Assembly: GCA_000388065.2 (NCBI GenBank)
Contig: KB932203.1
Length of the DNA: 64,000 nt
Reading direction: 5' to 3' (one strand)
Source of the DNA: Fonticula alba ATCC 38817
Lineage: Eukaryota; Protista; Nucleariida
Shown here: one piece after another, positions 1 to 11,406 of the stretch
How the letters are laid out: the number at the start of each line of letters is the position of its first letter
Numbering within the stretch: position 1 is the first letter of the stretch
The notes under the pieces: generated by a model
Told to the model about the DNA's origin: nothing
Seen by the model: the letters and a program-made list of their open reading frames with translations, nothing else
Databases searched by the model: none
Made by a program: the position numbers and the translations under genes

Positions 1-103
1 TTGGCTTCCCTCGCCGCCCTCCATCGGGCTCCTGCACTTGGCACATCATTCTCACCCTCTCCGCTTTTGCTCGCCCCCCCCCCCCCTCCCTGGCGGCCAC
101 CAG

Positions 104-517
104 TTCGCCAGCCTCCTGCCGAGCGAGATCATGTCACATCCCGTCTACCGGGCGGACTTGCTGCGCATCTCGGCGACCAGCGCCCAGTCCGACAACGCAT
201 GGATGTGCCCCAGCTTCCGGCCCTCGAATGTCGAGTACTTCATGTCGCCGGCCGACGATCCAAGCCATGCAGTCCGGCCGAGTGGCGATGCCATGGCCCT
301 GGCCTCCCTTCGACAGGAGCCGATCGATGCGTACTTCAGCGCCCGGCAGCGAGCCCGTGCCGCCGGCACCGTCCGTACAGATATACTACCGGGAACAGGG
401 CCCGCGAAGCCCGTCGACCATGTCGCCGAAAAGGACCCCCCCCCGTCGGTGGATCGTATCCCGACAACCGTGTTTGGCGATGCTCGGCCGGTGCGACTGC
501 GGTCAATCAGGCTGTAG
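104..517 (+). CDS. Probable 3'-terminal exon of an unidentified gene extending off the window start
   Basis: A pyrimidine/poly-C tract ends in CAG at 101-103 and is followed by an in-frame open reading (FASLLPSEIMSHPVYRADLL...RLRSIRL*, part of ORF 38..517) with protein-like composition. No family recognised. Confidence 0.4.
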   Translation, partial: FASLLPSEIMSHPVYRADLLRISATSAQSDNAWMCPSFRPSNVEYFMSPADDPSHAVRPSGDAMALASLRQEPIDAYFSARQRARAAGTVRTDILPGTGPAKPVDHVAEKDPPPSVDRIPTTVFGDARPVRLRSIRL

Positions 518-788
518 GGGGCCCTTTGCTCGCTGAGCCTTCTCTTCGCGAATCCAATGTACCACAACCAATGTCGTTCACTTTTAGCCTCCCTCTCCCC
601 TCCTCCGCCCTCCCGGATGCGGCAACAAGCCTGATTAAGTTCCCTCCCGACTATTCCCTTGCATGCCTCAGGTGAACTATGCGATCTATTGTGTGTGTGG
701 GGGGTATATCTTTTAGGGGCACCGAACCAGGGCAATTTTGGACGTGAGCGCGCATGTGTGTATGTGTGCTTTCAGTGTACATGCTCAT

Positions 789-790
<2 letters not shown>

Positions 791-820
<30 letters not shown>
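791..820. repeat. (AC)15 microsatellite
   Basis: Read directly. It lies just downstream of the DRE2 stop and generates the spurious HTHTHT/CVCVCV ORFs. Confidence 0.95.
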
Positions 821-823
<3 letters not shown>

Positions 824-876
824 CATGCGCGCAAGCATGCGCACTCGGGAACATATGCACCAGTGGCATGGGCCAA

Positions 877-1714
877 TCAAATGTCGTCACCGAGATCCAG
901 GACGACAGTCTCGCCGTCGCGGAAGGCAGGGAGACCGCGATACGGACAGCCGGCACAGCGGAAAGCGTCACCCAGGTTACACTGAGGGGGAGGGAGGATT
1001 AGAGGGGAGGGCCAGGAGCATGGGCAAGAATCGGCAAAAGCATACGCACGCTCCCGCAAGAGGAGTTGGCCACCGGCATGGCAGCCTTCCCGGTCTTGGC
1101 ATCCAGGATGGTCGGCTTGAAGGCATCCGTGGCACCGGAGTCCTCGGCCTTGATACGGGCCTGTGGCAGCGCGTGGAGGTGTCACCAGTCAATGTTGGTC
1201 CCGATGGTAAGATACGATGAAACAAAGATGCGCGTGGGGGCGCGCGCGCGCGCGCGGCAGGTGCCCGGAGAGGAGGGGCGTGGCAAGAGGCGGAAGGCCA
1301 AGGTGGTCGTACCAGCTCGTCAGCGAAGCCACAGGAGCAGTCGGCACAGGCGCGCATGACCGCCGGGCCACAGGAGTCCTCCTCCGCGGCAGCGGCCGGG
1401 GCGTCGTAATCCTGCTCCTCCAGAAGGGTGCTCTCATCAATGAGGTCCTCCTCCTCGTCGGCGGTGGCAGTCACCGCCTGGCGGTCCTTCAGGGTGAGGG
1501 CACCAACAAAGTCCTCGGCCGGGCGGGTGGCAGTCACAGCAAAGACACCCTCGCCAGCGGGGGACACCTTGACGTCGACAAAGCCGGCGATCACGAACTC
1601 CGCATCAACGACATCTGCATCCGGAGCGGCCACGACAAAGTGGCCCGGGGTGCCAGGGGTGGCCTGGTCGAACTGGCCAGCGACATCGGCAAGGGGGATG
1701 CTGTTGGTGGTCAT
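877..1714 (-). CDS. CIAPIN1: Anamorsin / Dre2 (cytosolic Fe-S assembly electron-transfer protein)
   Basis: Three exons reconstructed with phase-0 GT-AG introns: 1714-1313, 1160-1050, 981-877. The protein has the acidic linker [14 protein letters not shown], motif 1 [15 protein letters not shown], motif 2 [25 protein letters not shown] and ends in VVLDLGDDI*, all diagnostic of Dre2/CIAPIN1. The start codon is tentative. Confidence 0.93.
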
Positions 1715-2672
1715 GCTTAGGGGCTTGAGACACGAAAGGGAATATCCGCCAGGGATATGGAAAGTGGGCGAAAGGGGGCGAAAGTGGGGGAAGGCAAGGG
1801 GGATTGGGTGTTGCCCTCCTCCTATGCCGAACGCACCCAAGAGGGCTGCATTTTGGCATGATGCCTGAACCAGGGATATAGATCGGTCGTGTCGGCGACA
1901 CCCCCCCCCCCGGTACCTCGGGGATGCGGGGCGGCCGGGGGAGGCAGGAGCGTGGGGAACACACCTCGGCCACAACGGGGGGGGGGGGGGGGGGGGCCCG
2001 GGGAAAGAATTGACCCCGGGGGGGAATAAATGGTTGTTTTCTTTACCCTTCTGTGTGGTTTTTTGTTCTTTTTTTTTCTTTTTCTCGTGGGCCTTTTTGG
2101 GGCCTGGCCCGCTCCCCGTCCTTTTTTTTCCCCTTTTTTTTTTTTCCTCCCCCCCCGGCGGGGGGCTGGTTGCCCCCCCCCCCCCGGTCTGCGCCCCTGC
2201 TGTGGTCTTTGTCTGGGGCACTCGACGGGCAGCAAGGTTGGAGGATCGAGGCCGAGTCTTGAATACCAGCACAGGACAACTATTCCCCAATCCCAGAATA
2301 CATCAGCACCTCGCTCACGATAGTCTGACGCCGCCGGGGCCTGGGCACCATTCTGGGCCCTTCTCGATCACCCCGGACCGTGGGCAGTTTCGGCACATGT
2401 CAGCCTGGGCATCTTTTGTAGCCGAGACAAGGCTTCCCCCCCCCCGATATAATACCAAGGAGGGGGGAGCGTGGGTGTTGGGGAGGGACGCACATGTTGC
2501 CACACGCACGAGGCAACACACAGGGTGGAAAGCATATTTTGTTGGGTGTATTTTTGATGGGTGCCCCCCCGCCGGCTGCTCGGTCGGATCTCACCCGCAG
2601 AGAGTCTAGGAGGATGCATGGTCGCCGGGGTGCGCGCATGCATGTGCGCACATACACATGCACACATGCGCA

Positions 2673-4148
2673 TTACTCGAGACCGAGATACTCGGCCAGC
2701 TCGTCCCCGGCATCCATCTGCTTGAGGATGTCCAGGCCGCCGAGAAGCTCGCCCTTAACATACACCTGAGGGTAGGTGGGCCAGTCGCTGAACTTCTTCA
2801 GGCCCTCGCGCACCTCGTTGTCCTCGAGGATGTCGAAAGTCCCGAAGGCGGTGGTGTGCTTCTGGAGGAGGGCCACGATCTGGCGACTGAAGCCACAGCG
2901 CGGCTGCGCCGGGTTGCCCTTCATGAAGAGCATGATGGGCTCACGCGTGATGAGCGCGCGCAGACGATCCTCCAAAGTCTGGCCCGGGGCCGCAGCGGCA
3001 GGCGTGGGGGCCGCAGGGGCCGGGGTGGCCGCGCGGATCGGCAGCATGTCGGCCAGCACGCCACAGGCCACCACCTCCCGAAGGATGTCCAGCCCGCCCA
3101 CGAGCTCGCCATTTGCGTACACCTGGGGGTAGGTGGGCCAGTCGCTGAACTTCTTCAGGCCCTCGCGCACCTCATTGTCCTCGAGGATGTCAAACGAGGC
3201 GAAGGACACATTGTTGTCATGGAGGATCTGCAACAGCTGGCGGGTGAAGCCACAGCGCGGCTTCTCCGGGGTGCCCTTGATGAAGATGGTACACGGGGCC
3301 ACCGCCACCAGCTGGGCCAGGCGCTCCTGCAGCGGCAGGTTAGCCGGCACCAGATCCGCGGCATTCGGGGCGGGAGCCGGCGTGGGGGTCGCGGTGGGAG
3401 CGGGCTCAGCCACCGGGACCGAGGCCGACAGAGCCGCAGCGAACTGCTGGTTCAAGAGCTGCGGGCTGGAGCCCGACACACGGCCGACCGGGGTGGAGTT
3501 CTATGGCAAGGGTCGAGGAGCAGGTGTGAGGATGTGAGGATGTGAGGATGTGAGGATGTGAGGATGTGTGTGTGTGTGTGTCTACGTGTGTGTGTCTACG
3601 TGTGTGTGTCTGCGTGTGTGTGTCTGCGTGTGTATATGTAGATATGGGTTGCAGGGCGAGACACTGGCAGGCAGCCATCAAACGGATGGACAAGTGAGGG
3701 AGCGGGGGACGGGGGAGAGGGGAGGATGGGAGGGGGCAGGTGTGGACACACCTTGAAGAAGAGGAAGGTCGGGACAGCCTCGACGTCGAGCTCGCTCAGA
3801 AGAGCGGAGCTGGAGTCGGCCGACGCATCGAGCTGTGGTTTGGCAGTTTGCAGTGCGTCAGTTTCATTTTATGACGGGCGTGAGGCCTTTTGTCGCGCCA
3901 CAAGTCACACCCACCGGGTGCAGAGGGAGCAAGTGGGGTGGATCCAAGATGAGACGTACCGTCAGGAGCTGGATGTTGGCATGGGAGTACTTGACACCGA
4001 GGCTGGCGAAAACCTTGGCCATATTCGCATGCGAAGGGTGCCAGTCAGCCCAAATGTAAATCACAACCAGCTGCTCCGGGGAGGTGGAGGACCGGAGGTG
4101 GGCAGAAAGCTCGGCCTTCGAGGCGAAGGAGACTGCAATGGGAACCAT
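2673..4148 (-). CDS. GLRX3: Monothiol glutaredoxin 3 / PICOT (Trx-like domain + two Grx domains), ~365 aa
   Basis: Exons 4148-3960, 3832-3752 and 3500-2673 join in frame. The N-terminal thioredoxin-like domain contains IWADWH and VEAVPTFLFFK. Two tandem Grx domains contain KGTPEKPRCGFT and KGNPAQPRCGFS, each followed by FSDWPTYPQVY..GEL.GGLDI. Confidence 0.95.
3526..3633. repeat. (GTGAGGAT)x5 followed by interrupted (TG)n, in GLRX3 intron 2
   Basis: Five perfect 8-mers at 3526-3565, then TG-rich units such as tgtgtgtctacg and tgtgtgtctgcg. Confidence 0.9.
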
Positions 4149-4864
4149 GGTGTCGGGTATGGGGGAGCGGAAGGGGGAGGGGGAGACGGGTAGGAGGAGG
4201 GAGGGGGCTGTGGTATGGTCGAGAGGTGATGCCACACAGACGGGGTCTCACGCCGCCCCTTCAAAAGGGTCCGCACCCGCACCCGCTCATCCCCCCCCCC
4301 CGCCCCTCCACTCCGCCTTTGGGTTACTTGATCAGAGATCCCGACTGTGCTTCTCCGCCATTAGACGGGTCTTGTAATGCCACGTCTGGTTCTGAAGATG
4401 GTAGATCACGCTTAACGGAGAAATGGCACGTGGAGATCTTGCGGGCGCCCTCCGGCGGGATGCCTCGTGGACCGGTGCAACACGATGCCCCCCCCCACCC
4501 CTCCACCACCACCTTGGCCACCGACTCACCCGTCCTCTGCTCGCACCCTTCCCTTGTTCTTTCTTCGGTGGTGGTGTCCGGTACGGCCTTCTTGGCCAGC
4601 TGAGTTGGCGACAAAAGAAAAGCCCCCCTGGCCGAGCCCGCTGTCCCTCCGGACATTTGTTACTTGCCTTCCACCCCCCCCCCCCCCCCCCCCACATCCC
4701 TTGACCTTGCCCGCCTTCCCGCGGGCTCCCTTTTCGCCCCCCCCCCTCTTCCTCTCCCCTTTTTCGCCTGGTCCTCCTCCTCGTTCTTCCCCTCTCTTCT
4801 TCTCCCCCGCTAGCAACCCAGGTTTCCTTTCCCTCCCCCAACACCCGCTGCTCCTTTCCTCCCG

Positions 4865-7800
4865 ATGCTGCGGCTGGCCGCGCTCACTCGCCGGTCGGCT
4901 CCCCTGCCGCTGGGAGTCGCCCGGTACTCCGGCCGGAGCCGTGGCGCCCGGTCAGCAGCCAACGGCACCAACCCCGCGGCCAAGGCGGCCGCGGCCTTCC
5001 CGGGGACTAGCTCCGACGAGGAGAATGCCCCTCCTGTGGATGTCCGGTTGAATTCCTTCCTCCGAGAGCAGGCACGCGACCCCGCCACGGCCGTTGCCTT
5101 CGGCGATGACTTTGACCCTTTCGATTTGAGCAGCTCCGACAATGATTATGGGCATCCCTTCGCGGGTGACTCCGACTCGGAGATGAACACCCTTTCCCCG
5201 GAATTCATCCGTTCCGCCCTGGAGCATGAGCAACGCCAGCTGTCGGCAGCCGGTGCCGGGTCTCTTGATAGCCTGTTGAAGGGTCCCCGATTGGGGGGCG
5301 AGCGGCCGGATCGTCGAATCCGCTCGCGCCGGGGCAAAATCAACCGGCCCTACAACCGCCAGTTCCCGATGTACGATGTGGATCACATCCTGGCCAATGG
5401 CGAGCCCTTGCTCCTGCCCCGGGAGACCCGTGCACAGGCTCTCCGTCGGACGCAGCTCTCGGAGGATCTTTACGCCATTGAGGAACTCAAGGATTTCTTC
5501 GGCGTGGAGCGCATGCTTCGGCAGCTGCCGGACCACGCGGCCGATGGTCGGCCCTTCAACCGCGTCCAGATGCTGATGTATGCCCAGGAGTATGACAACC
5601 CCTCGCATGACTTCGCCCTGCGGCAGCTTTTCAGCCGGGACACACTGCCCCTGGGCCCTGGCGAGCTGGAGTCTGCCCTCACTCCGGAGCAGTTGGCCCT
5701 GCGTGTGTACAACTATCGGGATCGCATGCGTGCCGAGCACAAGAATTTGGTGCAGCTCCACCAAATCCGCATGGAGTCCTCCAACATGCCGTACTTGCCG
5801 AAGTCCCTGCGACCCACTCTGGACCAGGCGCCTGGCCAGTCTGACCGGGCGCGTCGAAGCCAGGAAACCGAAAGCGATCAGGCCCTGATCAGCGCCCTGC
5901 AGGCCACCCTGAAGGACTACACGCCCAGCACGCGGCGTCTTCTCCGGGATCTGATCTTCGCCGTGGATGGTCGCCTGGCCGAGGAGGACAAGCGTCGAAT
6001 CCAGATCTTCATGCACACCAACCCGGACTTCTTGCACAAGGTCTTCACCTCGCTGTCGATTGCGTCCCAATCTTCGCTCGATAGCACCGAGGGTCTCTTC
6101 CGTGATGCGCCGACGGAGATCGGGCTGAATAAGCCGGAGGTGGCTCCGGCCGCGGAAGACCCCAAGCCCAGCACGACGGCCGAGGCTCCGGCCAGTGTCC
6201 CGGATGCGGAAAGGCCCGAGGGCGGTCGTCGCGGTCGCATTCGCAACACCTCCAACGCCGCGGCAGCGGCCAATCGCCAGGCCGAGGCCGAGCGCCAGCG
6301 CCTGGCCGAGGAGATGGAATTCCGCGAGGCCCTCCTGCCGGGCCGGAGTAAGCTTCAGCAAATGCAAATGCAGCAGCTTGCCGCCGCTTCGGACACCTTC
6401 CAGGAGCTCCGAGATCTCGAGCGGGATCCCGGCCACTATATGGCCGAGGGCAAGTCCCTCGGCGCGATGGATGACCCTGACCATCTTGACCCGGCGAAGG
6501 TGGCCCGGAAGCTGCACTCCGAGGGTCGCCCGGTGCCTCGGCACATTCTCCTGCAGTTGGACAGCTTCCCCGAAGATCCGGCTGCCTTTGAGCGGGCCCG
6601 AACCGAAGACCAACTTGAGTACATGAACCTGGAGGATGATGATTTCAGCCTGGCGGGCAATTACTCGGATGATCCCTTGATGGAGACTCCCTTCTCCGAT
6701 GAGGACCTCAGCTTCTCCGATGACGATGGGGACTTCTTTGATGAGGCCTCCATGAGCAACCTCTTCTCGGCCGGAGGCCGATCGGAAGTCCGGCGGAAGA
6801 AGCACGCCGCCAATCGAGCCGCCTACGATGCCACCATTTCCCCGGAGGAGAAGGAGCAGCTCAAGCATCGGGCTCTTTTGACTCAGGTTGCCAAGAATGA
6901 GGCTCGTGCCCGCAAGCAGCAGCTGATCGAGATGCTGGCCGTGGCCCCGCCCACTCCAGAGGAGGAGGCCAAGCTCGAGCGTGTCACGCGCATCCGGGCC
7001 ATGCAAGTCCCCCGGCTGGTGACCCCTCTGCCGGAGGGGCTGGACATGGACACCCTCTATGGGCAGGGCGGCCATCCGGCCATCATGCGGGGGTACATTC
7101 AGGAGACGGACTTGACCCTGCCGCCGCCGAATGACCCGGAATGGACGGCCCTCGATGACCCGGCTGCCAAGCACAGGGCCGATCCGATGGCCACTCGGCT
7201 CCTGGGGGATGACTCCTTCTCCTCGGTCCGCTCGAAGAAGCTGACCCCGGTGGGGCAATATGCCAATTTCTTTGTCGGGCTGATGCGCCTGCCGGTTGAG
7301 CTGTACAAGCCCATGCGTGAGATTCTCAAGTGTGCGTCCTTTCCGTGGTCCTTCTCCTTCCCCTTCTCGCCCTCTTCCTGCGTCCCCCTCCTTCCCTGGC
7401 GCTGGCCCTTCCTATTTGGGTCCTCCCTCTCCCTTCTCTCCGGTCAACTGACCCTGTGATGCCGTTCTCTATCTCTCCCCCCCCCCCCACCCCCCCCCTC
7501 CCCTCCCCCTTGTTTGCTGGATGCCTGCTCCTTGTGCCGTAGCCTTCAATCTTCGTGACTTGCAGCGTGAGCACCTTGCTGCGCGTTCCGAGGCCGACAA
7601 GTCCCGCGTCAGGCTCCCGAGTGCGAAGAATCTTCGCCTGCTGAACCTCAAGATGAACCAGCTGCTACTGCAGCAGGAGACCGCCCAGCGCCTGCTCCAG
7701 AATCCGGCCGCACCGCCCTCCGCAGGTCTGCTGCCGCCAGCCGACCAGCAGGCCGCCGTCGCAGCGCTCCCCGGGCCGGACTCGGTGGAGGTCATTTCCA

Positions 7801-10309
7801 TCCCCGCCGGGGAGAATGGCGCCCCGACGCCCGTTGTGCGCAAGCGCCTTCGCGCGGAGGCAGCCCGGGCGGCGGAGGCAGCGGCCAAGGCCGCCGCCGC
7901 GGCCAAGGCCGCTCAGAAGCGCATTCCCGTGCCGTCTTTGGCCCCGAAAAAGCGGTACACCGACTTGCAGGTGGCCACCTACCTGGCCACGCGGTTCTCC
8001 TCCACGTACAATGTCAACCGGCGCGTCTTCAATGAGATTCGCAAGCGTGTCCCGAACTTCGCCCCGGTGTCCATGTTGGACTTTGGCACTGGTCCCGGGA
8101 CGTCCATCTGGGCTGCCACGCACATTTGGCGCTCAACCGTGGACGGCTCGCTGACATATGTGGATGGCATCGACGCATCGGATACCATGTTGCGCGCGGC
8201 CCGGCGCATGCACCCGGAAAAGGTGGCCTTCAACATCATCATGCCCACCGGCCGGGAGGGCGAGAATGCCGTGGGACTGATTGACCAGCGTCGGCCGCTG
8301 CAGCTGCGCTTCCACCAGGCCCATGGCATCCCGGAGCGTTTGAGCTCCGCGGATTTGGTGGTGGCCAGTTACTCTTTGTCGGAGCTGCCCTCCTTCGAGG
8401 CGCGCCAGTACATGATCAAGCGTCTGTGGGAGCACACCAAAGACACGCTGGTCATCATTGAGCCCGGCACGCCGACCGGCTTCGACAACATTCTCATGGC
8501 TCGAGACCTGCTCATCACTGGCGACCTGCCGGGTGGACACATTCTCGCACCGGTAAGTGTTCCCGTGGGCGGCAGCTTGCCCCATTTGTCCTGCTGCCTC
8601 GTCCTGCTGTTTTTTTTTCTCTTTCGTTTCCATCTATCTTTCTCCCCTCCTCTTCCCCCCCCCCTCCCCCTGCCATGGTTCGCTGACATTCTCCTGATGC
8701 CATTTCCATTGGTCCTTCCCTCCTCCTCCTTCGCCCTGCCCCCCCCCCCCCCTGTCACCGCCTCAAGTGCCCTCATGAGGCCGAGTGCCCGATGGGTGCG
8801 GCCTCTTGGTGTCACTTCGTCCAGCGCGGCCAGCGGGTGGTGGAGAATCGCGAAGTCCGCCAGTCGCCGAACACCCTGGAGGACGAGAAATTCTCGTATC
8901 TGGTGTTGCGACGCGGCCGGCGGCCGACGGTGCCGCCTGACAGTACCCTGGTCCCGATCGAGGACGCGGCGTACTCCTGGCCGCGAATCTTGCGATCGCC
9001 CCTCATCCGCACTGGGCATGTCCTGCTCGACGTGTGCGAGGCTACCACCAAGAAGGTCCCGGCCGAGGAGGCCCCGATGTATGGCGGTGCAACTGGGAGT
9101 GGAATTCCCGATGAGCAGGGCCGCGTGGATGTCATCGATGGCCAGGTCACCCGGCGGGTGGTCAGTCGCTCGCATGGGACGGAGCTTCTGAAGGATGCGC
9201 GAACCACCTTCTGGGGTAATCTTTGGCCGCATGAGTTTGTGATCACCGCCCGGCAGAAGGCCAAGCAGGAGGCCCGTGCCATCTTCTGGGAGAATGTCAC
9301 CTCGCCGCACGATCACCAGGCCATCACCTTCGAAGATGTGAGGGCTTCCATTGAGCGGGCCGTCAACACGATCGACGAGGGCCTTGTGTCGGATGACGAG
9401 CGCTTCGAGATTGAGCATGACCCGGAGGACCCGGTCAGTGCCCTGGCCGTTGAGGGTGTGCGTCGGAAGCGCGCAGCGCGCGAGCTGGCCGAGAATGGCG
9501 ATGACGCTGGCGATGACGCTGGCGATGGCGATGACGCCGCTGGTGCTGGCGACCGTGCGGACGCCAATGGCCAGGACCCGGATGATGAGGATGATGTCTC
9601 TCCCGAGGAGAAGCTGGCCCGCGTGGAGCGCCTGCTGGCCGGCGAGCCGATCTACGACAACACCAGCCTGGCGTATCTCATGTATGGCGAGCAGTCGCGC
9701 TTCGCCGGCGGTGTCGGTGGCATGGGTGGCGGTATTACCCGGAGCAAGTACAACCGCGCCCTGCGCATGCTGAAGGACGCCGAGGCCGAGGAGCAGGCCC
9801 AGTTCCGTCACTTGCTCAACCAGCCGGACATGGCTGGCATGACGCCGAGCATGCGCCGGGAGCTGGCCTACGCCGAGTCTCTGGTGGCCGGCGCGGCCCG
9901 GTTCGACCATGGTCTGCTGACTGGCGAGCCTCGCCGGGAGCTGGCCGATGCGGCGGCGGCCATCGTGGCCGCGCGCAAGGGCGAGGACCTGGCCGCGCAC
10001 CGTCTGGAATCCCTGGACCCCCAGGTCCTGGAGGCCAGCGTCAAGGCTCACGCGGGCAAGCCGCTGCCCCCCCGCCCGGCGGCCAAGAGCAGTGCTGCTA
10101 CGGCTCCCGGCGCGTCGTCCGCACGTTGGCTGTCTGGCTCGGGCGCTGCGACGCCCAAGGTGGCCGGCTTCCGGCTTTTCGATGACGATGACGATGGGTC
10201 TGGCTCCAGCTCCCCGAAGCGTGGCAAGCCCACCTTCCGCCGGCGGAAGGGCGACACGAGCTCGGTCTTTTCGCACGGCAAGAAGAAGGACAAGAGCCCC
10301 GCCTCCTGA
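4865..10309 (+). CDS. METTL17: Mitochondrial small-subunit assembly factor Rsm22/METTL17 with very long N- and C-terminal extensions (~1670 aa)
   Basis: Exons 4865-7331, 7543-8552 and 8768-10309. The first junction T|CC gives Ser in matching phase, and the second is phase 0. The N-terminus MLRLAALTRRSAPLPLGVARYSGRSRG is Arg-rich and presequence-like. The central domain has the SAM motif MLDFGTGPGT, DLVVASYSLSEL, LVIIEPGTPTGF, ILAPCPHEAECPM...WCHFVQR, EKFSYLVLRRG, WPRILRSPLIRTGHVLLDVC and ARTTFWGNLWP. Confidence 0.88.
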
Positions 10310-11406
10310 AGGGAGTAGCTTGGAATGGAGGGGCGCAGGAGGAGCAGGGGCTCTTTTTTTCTGCCTCCCTCCCCCTCCTCCTCCTCCTCGGCGAAGGGCC
10401 GTGGATTCTGTGTCACAAAGAAAGGCACGCGTCCATTCCCGGGGAGGGGGGATTTGGGACTGCACATGTCCTCCCTCCCCCCCTCCCCCCCCCCCCCCGC
10501 CCTTACCTCTCCCTCTCCTCGTGTCCACCCCAAGTGAAACAGGCGATTCCATGGTGGCCACGGCACCGGATCTGCCAGCGACATGGGCAAGGGGAAACTA
10601 GATCCCTCGCTCTTTTCGCTCGCTGGCATGTGTCACCTTTTTGGGCAGCCCTCCCCCCCCCCCTACCAACCTTTCTAGATCTTTTCGGGCTCTCCAATCG
10701 GATGCAGCCTCCTCTCCTGAGCGAGATGGCTTGTCTTCTGTTTCCTCCCCTCCCTCCCCCTTCTCCCTCTTTTGTGTGTGGGGGGGGGGAGGACCGCGCG
10801 TGTGCAAGATGCCCCCACTTTGCCACCCACCGGCGCGCGGGCGCTTCCCGTTCCCCCCCCCCCCCTTCCCCCTCCTCCCTATCACACAATACACAATGTA
10901 CACCCCCATCCCCATCGGATACCAACGGAGCCGGCGCATATGTGCGTTGGCAGCATCCGGGCCCGTCACGCGCCAGGCTCACATGCCGCAGCCGTTGGCG
11001 ATCGGCACCGGGCGCCCCGCGATCTGGCGAATTTGAATTTCTGTCGCGTAGTCTGTCCGCCCCCGCCCGCCCGCCCGCCCGCCCCGGGTATGGGCGCCGC
11101 CAGTTGGTGTGTGCTTCTGAGTGGAAGGCTGTTCGACCTGCCGGAGAGAAAATGCCTGAACGCATCAACGGGGGATTTGTGTCACCAGTCGAACAGGCCT
11201 TCGGGCGGGAGCGAAGGAGGGGCAAGACACCTCCTCCATTCTAGCCAACTCCATTTCCTTCCCTCTCGCCCCTCTCTGTCCTTCCCCTTGCCCCATCCGG
11301 CCGGCGGTGCTCCTTTGCCTGCCACCCCCACCCTCATCTCCCTCTGAGCCCCCCTCGCGCCGCCGTGGCCTGGATTGGCAGACACGACCGATCTTTGGGA
11401 CACCCG

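Noticed and set aside
9300-10309. Possible Rsm22-Cox11 fusion as in S. pombe
   Set aside because: The C-terminal extension lacks the Cox11 CFCF copper motif and a TM helix.
4952-10561. Long antisense ORFs 4952..7258 (768 aa) and 8369..10561 (730 aa)
   Set aside because: These are shadow ORFs opposite the GC3-rich METTL17 exons and contain no recognisable motifs.
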